NCBI RefSeq assembly: GCF_018977255.1
Contig: NW_024704743.1
Span: forward strand, 59,398,001 to 59,462,000
DNA from: Callorhinchus milii
Lineage: Eukaryota
Direction of reading: 5' to 3'
Length of the DNA stretch: 64,000 nucleotides
The position numbers were made by a program, and so were the translations under genes. This document shows, in pieces, positions 45,922-59,451 of the stretch (its first letter is position 1; the number at the start of each line of letters is the position of its first letter). Under the pieces are notes generated by a model that made no database searches, was not told where the DNA came from, and saw nothing but the letters and a program-made list of their open reading frames with translations.

Positions 45922-48900
45922 ACTTTATTGACCAGTCCCTGGGTGTGCTGGAGGTGGATCCCTGACATGTTCTACAAGCATCGTGGACAAGGCATTTATT
46001 ACGAGACTGACTGCTATGATTTGTTTTGTCTAAGTTGTTGCTAACCTACAGTCAGGCTCTCAGGCTAACCTGCAGTTTAATGTCCTGATCTGTAAATTTG
46101 AATTCTAATGTATGGTGCAATTGACTTTTCAGCTCTGAACATCCAGAATGTTGTCAGGAATTTGCTTTCAGCACATCTGGGGGTCAGCTAAGGTGTTAAA
46201 TATCTTTAGATCAATAATTTTATTACTAGTGTTAATTAACACATACATATTAAATAATGCATCACAACGGATAAATTTACCCAGAAACCTTCAGCTCATT
46301 GGTGCAGTAATTCACACTACAATTCAAGGTCAATTCAGAAATTGATTGCTCAAGAGGAAGAAGAATATCTGCCTCCTTATCACAACAATACTGTCCTCTT
46401 CCAATGTTTGTATAATGTGTGTTTGTACTGTTTGGTGAGATTACTATTCATTTTTAAGAGATAGTTCCTTGGCACTATTTGATTCCAACAGTGTTTTATA
46501 TACTTAAAGGGAATAATCAGGTACATTTGACAATTTAATTTGCAACAGGGTTTCTTGGGAGAATGAATTCATACTGACGAGACTTGAGACTTTTGCTTTG
46601 AAGGTGCTGTGAGGATTTTCTGCCAATGGTTGCTTAACTAGTTAGCACCGGAAATGGTCACCATACAAAAATGCTGTATAGGCATGTGTGCTACAACATT
46701 GTGGTGAAATACACAAAATAGAGTTAAATAGATAGAACATTTTAGTCTATCTGATAAGTTCTGCTTGTTGGCCTTCCCAGCTCCTCCCTGCACAAGCTGC
46801 AGATAATCCAGAACTCTGCAGCCCCATTCTCGCCCGACTCCATTGGCTCCCTATCCTTCAGCAGATCCAGTTCAAGATCCTGGTCCTCACCTACAAAGCC
46901 CTCCATGGCCTCGTCCCACCCTACCTCTGCGACCTGCTAACCCCCTACGAATTGGCTGCTGCTTTTCACCCAGAAAATATGTATCACTTTACAGTATATT
47001 CTGTGAAGTACTTTGAAAGACATGATAAGGCACTATATCAAATGCGAGGATTATTATTATGGTCTGATTTATGCTCTAAAATCTCGGCTAGCTGGACCAA
47101 TGGTGGGGGAGGCAGCCAATTACACCACAGTCAAACCCCCTTTCACATCTCTGTATAATAAAGAGTGGGATTTTAGGTTGTGGGTTCAAGACCCACATCG
47201 GGGCATTGAGTTCATAGTCGAGGCTAATACTAATTGTTGAAGATGCTGTTCTTTGAATGAGAAATTAAGAGATCCGATCTGCCTGTTCAGGTGGCTGTTG
47301 CTGATCCATAGCATAGTTTGAAAGGAAAAGGCACTTTCTACTGACGCCCTCATGAACAATCCTTCAGATAAATTGGTCCTTTACAACTCGGCTGCTGCAT
47401 TTGCCCACATGTAGCTATTACACTTTTCAGTAAAATCCTGTGAAGCGTTTTGAGGCGTTTCAACAATGAAGTGAATGACCATTTTTATCTGGGGATTGTT
47501 GGCCAGGAGATACTTGTTTCTCTTTTTGAATGTGGCACAACCCAGGTCTATATTGAGGTATCAGCCAAGACGACAGATGACACTGTTAACATTGACGACC
47601 CCAGTATTCCATTTGATACACGCATGATACTTTTTCTAAAAGAATAAATTCAAACACGACAAAGTCACTGGAATTTATTCCGTGAATTACCGAGAAATTA
47701 TGCTTCTGCATTACATTTTGCTTAAAAAAAAACTTTCTGTGTTAAAACTTTTTTCTGAATATTAAATGTTTTTGTTGTCACACCAGCAATCTGCCGCGTT
47801 ACCTTTAAAAGCAGTTTATAGTTTTAGTAAATATTTGCTTTGAAGGAAGGAAGTGCCACAATGCTTTAATGACCCTTTTATAAATTACAAGAACATTTAA
47901 AAATGCCAAAGTGTGATGCATTGCATTTTAATTTAGTTTTATATGTGCATTTAACAAAATATTTCCTATTTTATCGTTGTATCAGGGTATTAATCCTTGC
48001 ATTTGATATAACACTTACCTCTGCGTTTATGTCTCATAATACTTCCTAGAATTTTACTGTAAAATGCAGTTGCTGTGTATTTTTAAACAAACAGTTTGCG
48101 CATCTCTCTACACAAGCTGCAGATCATCCAGAACTCCCTAGGATTGGTGAGCCTACCGCCTCCATCATCACTGGGCTCCACTTTCCTCTCTCCCCCCCCC
48201 ATCCCCAGTCAATTGACTTCAAGATCGTCATCCCCTTGTTCAGATCCTTCCGTGGCCTCACCTCCCCCTACCTCTGTGACTTTCTGCAACCCAACTGCCC
48301 CTATCACTTCCACCACTCGGGTAACATCTGCTTCCATCATATGTGTCGTGTCCCCCACCCGTCACCACCCAACGTGATTAGCCCTACCATCGGTGGCAAG
48401 TTTCAATCATTCTGCCCCTGCTCTGGAACTCCATCGCTTCACAGTTTTATATATATATATATATTTTTGAGTTTTCGAAACGTGAATAATAGCAGAATTG
48501 TTATTGCTGCCCCATTTTGGAACGATTGTTGGATAGTTTAAATATTTGGGGCTTGAACGTTGAGTGGTGTAATCCATATGTTGATTCTCCATGTAATGAT
48601 TTCCTATTTTTGTCACAGCCTCTGCAGGAAGAGTGACAGTGCATTAAACCACAGTGCCATCTCAAAATGTACAAATAAAAATATATTGGCTGGAAACTGA
48701 CATAAAACATTTTGTACTTGATTTTAAAATATAAAACTGGTCTGCCTTACCATCTTGTTCATGTTAGCTCAGATTCTATAGAACTTTCTGAACTCTATTT
48801 TGTATTTGATTCTTGCTCACTTTATTGTTTAAATTGCATCAATATAAGCTTCCAACAAAGACAGTTTGACCAAATGTAAATAAATAAGAATGGGAGGATT

Positions 48901-50728
48901 ACTTGGAAAACAGATGTTCCAGTGAATGTAATGGAAAAGGCTATAAACTAAAAAACATAAAAATGGGTATAACAAGGTGTCTGGAGCTGTCACTAAGTGA
49001 CCTGGTGAGGCAATCATGTTTAGTGCAATTATAATGCACTTTTTATACAACTATTGTTTTTATGAGACTGACCTATTTCCTCTGTATCTTTACTTTAGTT
49101 GTCTCAATTAACATAATGATGTGAATTTAATGGTAGTTTGACAGGTTATTGTGTCAGAAGACTATCTTAGTAATAGAGAATTGTACTCCTACGTAGCAAG
49201 TGTTCAGTTATGATGTTGGGGTGGTCTTCCAGATAATAGGGGCAGAGTGCTGAAGGCTCGCCTAACAATGGTAGTTGTAATTGTAGATTTTGGCCTTCGT
49301 ATCCACAAAGTAAAGACCCAATAACTGGATTAACATATAGAATCATCATGCAGATATGGAGAGCATGATTTGGCAGTACCAAGGGCTAACAGTTCAATTT
49401 TTGCGCCAACTTAATGCAGGACGTTGGTGGGTTTAGGGCAATTAATGTATTCCCCTCTATAGATAATTCTTCAGTTAGTACACATATAGTTACAGCATTA
49501 ATCCCAAATCTCTGCTGAGATACTTGATGTGGGGATGTTTATGATATACAGTACTGGGATAGGTAGAGCAAAACAATGAACTCCCACAGGAGGGAAAAAA
49601 ATTGGACAAAGCAAATATTTTTTAAATGGCTCCAAATCTGTGATAGGAAAACACTTGAAATAAAGTAGAGCTCTGTTTTCTCGTGTATGATGTGTAACAT
49701 TTCAAAGTATATTGTACTGTTACCCTTTTTTTATTTGAAATTGTGGCTCACATCTGTGCTGTGAATTTTGTATTGACTGTTTGGTTAACAGGTTGCTATT
49801 GTGGTTGTCATTACAAATTAAGTAGATGTAGTATCTGCTCAGGTTCAGAATAATAGACAGAGTGAGAATGTTACTGTAATTGATTATTTGAAGTGTATTT
49901 TTGCAATTGAAAATGCTAGTTTAACATTTGAGTTCACTCATTTTATTAAATTATATATGTGCCTAAGATGCAGCATAAAAGTAAGATAGCTTAATAGCAT
50001 ATTAGGTTTATTTTGCAATGTCCTGATGTGTTAATTAAAATTGGTTAATTAAAATCTGTGTTAATTAATATGGTGATCTTGAAGCTGAGTTTGAATGTGG
50101 TAAGAAGGTAAGAAGCAAGAGGAAGGAAGGAGGAAGTTGGAAGGGCTTCAGGATAGAGCTACAAGACACTAGAAGCTGAATGGCTCGCCTGCCAATGTTG
50201 GGCCAGAAAGGGCGGAGGATATTAAGCAGGCCAGTGTTCATTGAATGAAGGGATCAGTTAGGAACGGTGAGGTTGCAGATGTAGGAAGGGGTGAGGCTGA
50301 GGAGGGATTTTTAAGGTGAGAACAAAGATCTTGAATTTGATCTGCTGAGGGAAGATCTTTAAAGGCCTCACAATATTTAGCACTTCAGCTACTCTCAGGA
50401 ATGCTAGTGCTGGGGTATCATAAAATCATAAAATGCATTTTGTTGGCGATCAAAAAGGTTAGCAATCATTGCTGTAGTATACAATAGAACCCTATTATAT
50501 TGTCCTTCAATATAAGTCCTGCCTGTTTGCGCAGGTTTACTGTGGACCTACACTAACGGGAAGTGCAATACACCTAGCTTCTGCGCTAAATAGCTAAAAT
50601 TGTGGTTCTCTGCAAAAATTGTTTGATGATTATCAATACATTACACATTTTACATTTACTTAGCATCTTTTATGTTAGGAAGATGTCTAAGGCATTGGAC
50701 AGTTCAGGGTTTTCACCTGTATTCATCT

Positions 50729-51060
50729 GTGGAGTCCTGTAGCTCAGTGGTTAGAGCACTCGCTTTGCAAGTGAGAGACCTGAGTTCAATTCCAGGCAGA
50801 GGGCGAAACCTTGGGCAAGTTTCCTTACTCCACACAGAGCCTAATAATAATCCCTCCAAAAAACAAAACAATAATAAATTGGTCATTTTCAATCTACGAC
50901 TGTTTGTGGGACATTGCTGTGCGCAATTGGCTGCCGCGTTCGCCCACAAATATACAGTCAATTCACTTTACAGTGTGTTCTGTGAAGCGCTTTGGGACGT
51001 CCTCCCGACGTGAAAAGCGCTATATCAAATGCAAGGATTATTATTATTATTATTATTATT
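50729..51060 (+). mobile_element. Full-length young tRNA-Ala-headed DeuSINE
   Basis: Nearly identical to the 10001-10326 copy; ends in a (TTA)n tail. Confidence 0.9.
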
Positions 51061-54000
51061 ACATTGCTTGCCTCATACATTACACCAAATAGGGCTGAAA
51101 GATAAGCTGAAAGTACGACGACCAATAGTGGGGCGGATGGGGCAGGGGATGTGAAGCAGACTTGCTCAGTGGAGGGAGTAGCTGGATTTGTAGGATTTGA
51201 GGAGGTCCAGTGGTAGGGTGGGGCAAAACCTTGGAGGCATTTAAAGGATATGATGAGGATCTTGAACTCAATCCACCAGGGGATAGAGAGCCAGTGGAGC
51301 CGGGCGAGGATTGGCATGATAGACTTGTGTAGCCTAGTGCAGGAAAGAAAACAAGAAGCAGAATTTTGGATAGTCTGCAGTTTGTGAAGGAAAGAAGTGG
51401 GTTGTCTGGCGAGGAAAGAGTTGGGCTGGAAGTGATATACATACGGATTAGGGACTCAGCAGTCTGAGGGGTGAGGCAATGTAACTTGCATCTTTAGAAC
51501 ACTGTAAGTCCATTTTGGGTCTTTTAGTCTATTCATTAGGGAGTTGGAGAAAAGTACGTTTTAGAATATTGTAACATTTGCTGATACCAAGGTGAATGTG
51601 AGCAGGTGAATGAATATTCTAAGGAAGATAAATAACATTCAGGATCATCTAGATCTTTTCAACAGATGGGCCAAAGCAGTGCCAAATGGATAATAATTTG
51701 GATAAATACAGACACAAGGATATTTTAACAAGATACATGCATATAAAATGAATGCATTGTGAGGAGTTGGAGATGGAAACAGATTTAGGTTTGATTATTG
51801 ATTATTCATTGAATGTTTTCGGTAATTATGAAGCTGCTATCGATAAAATAAATCACTATAGTAAAAAGTTCAATACACGCACTAATTGTGACCAGTCCTG
51901 TTGTAGATATGAAAATATTACAGGTGTTAGGACAGTAGATGAAATGCAATATATAGTATTAACCAAACACTTCTTCCATCATGGATTACAGTGTCACTCT
52001 AATACCATACCTTGCCAGTCTTCTGTCTCTCTAACTCTTTTTTACTGGGACTTCGGAAAAATTTCCACAACTGGTTATGACATCCACATGCGCAATTAAT
52101 GAGATTGGATAAAATTGAAATCCCCATATCATTAGATATATGTAATGGACTCTCAACAAAGTATTGGTGGTACACTGATTAATTCTGTGAGGGGAGGATC
52201 AGATCTTCATTGTTGAGATGTGGGATGGGTTTTTGCTTGATTGCTTTGGGATTCAGGAGATTTCTGTGCAATGTTCCCTGGGAAATTGAATAAGTAGAGT
52301 GTTATCCATGATCTGAGTACGTTTTTTGTGTAGCTTGATGAAGAGTGGTACAAACAACAAGTTGCATTTATTGCCCTTCATCCAGGATAGTGCCTCAGTG
52401 TGCTGGATAGTACAACAACAACTTGGATTTATATAGGGCCCTCCACTCCGGACAGTGTTTCAGTAAATACAGTACCAAATAGTAAAATCAATACTCTATT
52501 TCTTTTAAAATATTGCTTGATTTTTCTTTTGGAATGAATTGTTATTTTTCGTTCTCCCTCCCCTCCCCCCACCACCCCAGCCTGATTTAAATTAGCCATT
52601 ATTGTTACCTAAATGTAATTATGCAAATGTAATCTTGTTGTTGTAAATGTAACTTCTAATTTTATTATACTGCATAATTACATGTAACTGACACCTGTAG
52701 TCAGAAAAGAANTTTTTTTGATATTTTATTTTCTGCTGCAACTATATCCATCAGCATTCTGCTGTAACTAAATTATGTAAAAAGAACTGGAAATGGGTAA
52801 ATTCGTGTACGTATTTTGTTTGATATGTTTGATGTGTATTGTAATGTAGGTAAGTGGGAGATTGTAGGTGGGTTAATTATTCTAGCTGTTAGGAATAACT
52901 CTGGAGTTAAATGCCATATGGATAAAAAGGTAAGAGCTAATGAATCATTCAAGTGGAGATGCGTGTACAATTAATAAAATTAATCTCAGAATATATTAAT
53001 TTTTAAACAAATTAAATTCTATAATGTGTTAGCTAAAAGAATGTGGGTACAATTGATGTACTAAATGAAGACAAAAATCTAAATTGGAATTATTTGAGGG
53101 AAAGATGGATTGCAGGCAACAACAATTAACATGCCCGATTTCCTTAAAAATAGTGTTTAACATTCAATAATAATAATAATCCTAGGATTTGATATAACGC
53201 TTTTCACGTCTTCTAAACGTCTCAAAGTGCTTCACAGAATAGACTGTAAAGTGAATTATTTTGTGGGCGCAACGCGGCAGCCAATTGCGCAAAGCAGTGT
53301 CCCACAAACAGTCTTCTTTATAGAAGAATAAGGTGTCTTTGTATATGTGATATGTATGCAAAACAATTTTTTGTTGCAGCTAAATGTTGGCAAGACAAGA
53401 TGGAAGCCATATTCCCTGGCCTATCCCTCAGACTCATTGAACCGGTGGGCAACGTAGGCATCAGGTTCGATCCACCGCTGTCCTTCCTACCCCACATCCA
53501 TACCTTACCCCAAACGCAGCCGAAACCCTCGTCCATGTATTCATCATCTCCCACATCGACTGCACAAATGTCTTCCTCACCGGTCTCCCCAGCTGCACAA
53601 AATCCTGTTAATCCCAAACTCCGTCACCCGCATACTCACCCGCACTAAACTCCATACCCGCAACACACCAGACCTTGCCAGGTTCCACTGGCTCCCTGTC
53701 ACCAAACGGATAGATTTCAGGATCCTCACACTTGTCTTCAGATCCATTCATGTCCTGGGACCTCCCTACCTCTTCGAACTGTGTTTACGGTTACCTCCCA
53801 CCGCCCCTCTCCTCCTGGCTTGGTGTTGTGCTCTGCCACTGTCAAACGCTATGGGACTCTACCCTATGTGAGGGGTGTTATATAAATGCAATTGGTTGAT
53901 TAATCAAACCAAAGAGAGGGGAAATGAAAAGCATAAGTTTCCCAACTGCCAGTCATTACAATTTAAGTTCAGTTAAAGTTTATAGTAGGTATAGTAAGTT

Positions 54001-55454
54001 TATAGTATATAATAATATACAAATCAAATAATTGGAAGTCAAATCATTAGATTACTTTACAAATGAATTTCCCTCAGCTTTTATTACAAATTGTAACTGT
54101 ACATGATGTTCAGTAATATTTTTGATCTTTGAAATTGTGTAATTATAGCTGCATTCAAGAGAATGAGGTCAACAAAAGGCGCTCCAGTTTTCTGTAGATT
54201 TCATTACTAATTATGTTTGCAGAATGAGATTGTGCAAGGAACATTCCAGTTCCTTAAAAGTATTTTCAAAATGTTATGGTATTCACTTTGAGTTATAATA
54301 GTAGTNAAAAAAATTGAAGCATACAAATAAACTGGCATTTCACATTTAGCTCAAACATGGCTTTGTAAAATAAATATATACATATATTGTCTGCTAGAAT
54401 TCGAGAGATGAAAATAATCAGCTTTCAAGGATTAGAGGTTAACAAAGGGAGAAATGCATTTGATATAATTTTCATCTAAAAACAGGATGAGAGTAACTCT
54501 TGATCTGCTTGGTGTTTGAAAATATTCTAGGACCACCTGCAATGAAAAGACAGTTAACACTTAGGTATGCAGTCATTCATTCAAAGGATTTTTAAATTAA
54601 CATCTCTGATCCTGTGAGAATTAAAACCTTTTTACAGTGACAACTAAGCGTTATGAGGGACTGGTATAGTGCTCCGAGCCGCTGCCCAATGTGAAGAACG
54701 CTATATACATGCAAGCAGTTGTTGAAAACTGCATTCTTTCACAACTTGAACTTTAAAATTAACACTACTGCTTAGAAAAACATAAATCTTTGAAAAATTC
54801 AAATTTCAGTTTTGTTTGTCTTTGAGCTTAAGTTGTTTTTAAAATAATCATTCATTTATAGAGTGTTACAGCACAATACCTAGGCAAGGTTTATGAACTC
54901 ACTACATGGAAAATATTGGGAAAAACACATCTACTACTGTTGGATACAGCCAATGCAAGCCACTGTATCGCTGGATATTCATAGACAACAAAGCTTCAAT
55001 TGCAGCTGTGTATATGTCACCAGCAAAATAAGGTTAATCAAATATTAACAAAAATGCAATGTTGTAGATGATTGATCCAATTGACAGTTCTCTTACTCCT
55101 GGGTCAGAAAGCGATCATTAAGGATACCTTGGCACCATTATGAAACCTTGGCTAGTATTCCTTCCTTGTTTAAAATGCATCATTTTGTTCTTTGCTGATG
55201 TGGGATTTGGCTATAGGCTGTTAACAAGAGTGTGCATCACAGAAAAGAATAACTCATTCCATAAAGCATTTGAGATGTTTCAACATGATGAGATGTTATA
55301 TCAAATAAAATGTATTAGAATTTTGACATTTTGAAAATGTTGCTCAGAAATGGCAATAAAAACAATAAAAGTTTAATAATTATTGCCGCCCTATAGATAT
55401 TCTGGAGATCAAGTGAGTTTCTTTATATACAAATAAAGGAAGTGGAACTGAGGC

Positions 55455-55930
55455 CTAACCAGTGTTTTAAAACACTAGTTAGGCCTCAGCTAGAATACTG
55501 TGTTCATTCTGGGCACCACACTTTAGGAATTTACCGCGATGGTACCAGGAATGGGGGACTTCAGTTTCAGGAGAGACTAGAGAAGCTAGGATTATTTTCC
55601 TTGGAGCAGAGAAGGTTAAGAGGAGACTTAGTAGAAGCTTTCAAAATTATGAGGGGATTTGATAGGGTGAAAAAGGAGAAACTATTTTCACTGGCAGGTG
55701 GGTCGGTAACACAAGGACATAGAATTAAAATTGCTAAAAGAAACAGGCGAGGTGAGAATACATTTTTTCACACAGCGAGTTGTTTGGATCTGGAATGCCT
55801 TGCCTGAAAGGATGGTGGAAGTCGATTCGATAACAACTTTTAAGAGAGAAGTAGATAATTATTTGGGGAGGAAAGTTTTTAGGGCTATGGGGAGAGAGCG
55901 GGGGAGTGGGATTCATTTGGATAGCTCTTT
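55455..55930 (+). mobile_element. CR1 LINE 3' fragment
   Basis: LVRPQLEYCV...RLEKLGLFSLEQRRLRGDLVEAFKIMRG...FFTQRVV..WNALP. Confidence 0.9.
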
Positions 55931-56846
55931 TCTCCGTTCCTCTGACCCCTCACTGATTGATAACACAACTCCAGCCGCTTGAATGGGTGGAGTCCGCTGT
56001 CAATCTGAATTTGACTCTACATCTGGGAGTCCCTCTTAGCTGAATGGAGTCGCTCGACATCACAAAAGACGCAATTGAGTACATTCAGCGGTGACCAGAG
56101 TGGCATTTTGCCCAGGGTAACCATACTTTCATCCAAATCAATTGGCATATTTTATATGGGTAAAAATACAACAAATCGGGGTTGGGGGGTTTAGTTCGAT
56201 TTACCCAGTTAATCAGTGTCCAGCAAAAGCGGATTCCACTGTACCTTGATTTTAACTTATTCTTGCCTTCAAATATATTCATGGCCTTGCCCCATCCTAA
56301 CTTGTATTCTGCAATCCTACACACCTGGACACTGCATCCGCTCTGCCAACTCCAGCTTGCTTCATGTTCCTGCCTAATGCGAAAGGCACTATAAAATTCA
56401 TTTTTGTTGTTGTTGTTCCACTAACCTATCAGCAGGTCAACTTTCAGTTACTTTGCCCCAACCTCTGGAAATCGCTTTCCAAACTCCTCCACCTAGCCAC
56501 CCTCACTTGCTTTCAAAATCCACCTCTGAAAAAGACCCACATCTGACTGAGCTTTCAGCCATCTCCTTTCTACCCTTTTATCTTCCTTCCAACTCGAACT
56601 TCCACTCAAATCTTTGTAAAGAGTGCTATATAAGTGCACATTGTTGTGACTTACAAAATAATATTTTGATCTCCATGTTATCAATGATCAAATCATCAAG
56701 AAAACAAATCATGTAAACAAATAAGTACAATAAATTGCAGGCAATTTAAAGCATATTTTGCATTGTTTATTTTATCCTTGATAAATTATAGTTTGAGTAC
56801 TAAATACAGTTGTGTGAAAAAATATGCAAATTTCCATGTTTTCCAG

Positions 56847-56968
56847 GTAATTCATCTATGCTGCATCCCTTTGAGGTAAAGCAGCTTTTCACGGGTGGCA
56901 CGTTTGACAGAAACTACAACAAGAAATATCAACCCATTAAATTTGTTGTGCCATCCTTGACCAAGAAG
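56847..56968 (+). CDS. PNGase F-like gene, exon 9: GNSSMLHPFEVKQLFTGGTFDRNYNKKYQPIKFVVPSLTKK
   Basis: Acceptor tgttttccag|GT and donor AAG|gtaaat; 122 nt, phase 1 to 0. Confidence 0.88.
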
Positions 56969-58121
56969 GTAAATAATGTTCATTCCTCCTCATTCAATAT
57001 CCTCTACATATTGGTGGGTATTCATACATAGCCTTGATGAGTAGACTGCCTAGGCTTAGGGGCTCACTTTAGCTCACTTTCTCTTGTGTGGCAGTCCATA
57101 TGTAGAAATATTCAAAGTTCCTCTGAGAATCGCAGCAAATCAACAACTCCAAATGCCTGAAGCTCAATGTGTAACAATGTTGTTTCTTGAAGGGTTATGT
57201 AGAAGAAAAAAGTCAAGGTGTTGCAGAAAATATGTGTTGTCACCTACGGACTCGCTTTTTAATTATATTTGATTGGATTCAGAAACGTCAGCAATGCATC
57301 ACCTCAGGAATAAAATGTGTTGCTGTTAGCATAGTGTTCACACATTTTTAATGTTCAGTCGCAGAATATCGTCCGCCACCCTTTACAAAGTCGAGAGTAT
57401 TGAAGGATCTTAATCATTTTTAAATCAGAGTTCTACAATATACGTGGGTAACAATCTTTTTATCCTGAATAATTGGTTCACATTCAGGTTAATTGTAGAG
57501 GACTTTTCAGTTTAAGATATTTAAAATAATTGAATGCTTAACTCTCTTGCAACCAGTAACCCCAAGGTAGAGATATATATGTTTATCAGGATTGCAAAGC
57601 ATGATCAATGAAGTTCACAGTGCAAGGATAAATGTGTTGATTACAGGTAAGTACTAAAGTGAAAATAAAGCATGTAGAAATAAAAAGAATTTGTAAAATG
57701 CTAGAAAACGACATCTGGTCATTCAATGTTCAGGAAAAAACAGTTAACGTTTTAGGTAAAACTTCTGATTCTGTTACTGCAGCAATGCCCCATACCATTA
57801 GAAGGACTCATTTGCTTTACCTGATCTTCCTATGGGGTGAAAATTGTGACCTTTAATGTTTTAATGCACATTATAAACAAAATGCAGTCAGTTCCTGTCA
57901 ATTTATTGAGTGATTTCTCTCCCTGCTTAACCTCCCCCAACAATAGTTGGGCACAAAGCTAACCAGTTCATTTGACTGCCAGTTAGCAGGATACTGTTCT
58001 TTTAATTGTCAATTTATGAATTTACCTTCAATTACATAACATTGATTTCTAACAAAGTATTTATTGTTCATGCGCATTGTTTAGAGATATAAATCATAAT
58101 AACAATTTTTAGCAACAAGAT

Positions 58122-58498
58122 ACAACAACAACAAGATTCTATTTATAGAGCGCCTTTCACGTCAGGAGGACGTCCCAAGGCGTTGGACAGTTGGGTCGGG
58201 ACCTGAGCAGGGGGGAAATGGTCAGGGTGAGGGGAGGGAAGGGAGGGAGCGAGGAGGGGGTAGAGAGTCGAGAGGGGAGCTGAAGGCACGGTCAAAGAGA
58301 AAGATCTTGAGACCGGCCTCGAAGGAGGAAAGGGAGGAAGCGGCGAAGGCACTGGGGGATGGAGTTCCAGAGCCTCGGGGCTGAGAGGCTGAAGGCCCGG
58401 CCACCGATGGTAGGGCGGGGGATGTGGAGCAGACCGGAGCCAGAGGAACGGAGGGTACGGGCAGGTAGGTAGGGGATAGTAGGTCGGAGAGGCTGGAG
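58122..58498 (-). mobile_element. Young L2 3' fragment
   Basis: Near-identical to 28444-28820. Further decayed L2 pieces lie near 21210-21460, 23460-23830, 34975-35400, 36700-36930, 39590-40910, 46765-46950, 48100-48435, 50110-50350, 51110-51480, 53395-53890 and 56220-56640. Confidence 0.9.
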
Positions 58499-58524
58499 GG
58501 AGATAATTTTTGTTCTCTGAATCT

Positions 58525-58882
58525 TTTTTTTTCCAAAAAGTAAACATGGAATACTCTACTCTAGATAAAATCTGTTTTTGTTCTCTTAAAGGTTTAATTT
58601 ATTTTATTTTGGCGTAACATTGCATTGGTCAAAGGATGAGCTGTTAAACTCCCACGTGGAACAGTTATTACCACCAATCTTAATAAGCAATTAAACATTT
58701 TATAAAGGTGTAAGATGTGATTACTGCATCGTGAGAATAGATTCTAGTTCTATAGTTCATCATGATTAATGAAGTTGAACCACGTTTGATTTTGCGGAAC
58801 TAACTAACGTATTAATGGAACAATACTCCATAAATAATATCTAGAGTATAGAGTATTCCATGTTTACTTTTTGGAAAAAAAA
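58525..58882. repeat. Near-perfect 43-45 bp inverted repeat enclosing 270 bp
   Basis: 58525-58567 is the reverse complement of 58838-58882 apart from one 2-nt indel. Confidence 0.9.
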
Positions 58883-59451
58883 CCTCAGGGTCCAAATTCT
58901 CCTGAAAATGCCTTTTTTTTCAGTTTAAGAACTGAAGCCTTTAAGAACATTTTATCTTAAAAATGTTTGGTATAGAATTGTGTGTTGAAGCCAAATTAAG
59001 ACTGGAAAACAAAAATGCAGAATTTCACTGGAATATTAATATCTCGATCCAATTCCAATTGTAAGGACCATTACTTGTGTTTTAGAGTAATAATAATCAT
59101 AATCCTTGCATTTGATATAGCACTTTATCACATTGTCAAGGCATCTAAAATAAAACTTTCTTTTTTTGAATAAACAGAAATATAGTGGGAAAGTAATAAA
59201 AAAATTCTGTGAAAATTGGGATTTATTTGGGAACATTCCTTTAAAACAATCATCCCAATACTGGCCTTCCTGCAATGCTGATTCTGACAATATACATGAA
59301 AAGTCGGTTCCGGCAGTTGAAGTAAAACATCATTTTCTGTAATGTGGTTTCTGGAAATGTGCCTGTATAGATTGTGAGAAACAGCTCTCACGAACATTGC
59401 ATCTCATTGCAGGAGTCCATATTCCATTGAGGCGAGTGTGTGCGTACACAC

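Noticed and set aside
57590..57646. 57-nt cryptic exon (tttatcag|...CAG|gtaagt) in intron 9
   Set aside because: It has a stop at codon 5 in the required phase 0, exons 9 and 10 already join correctly, and there is no further evidence for a poison exon.
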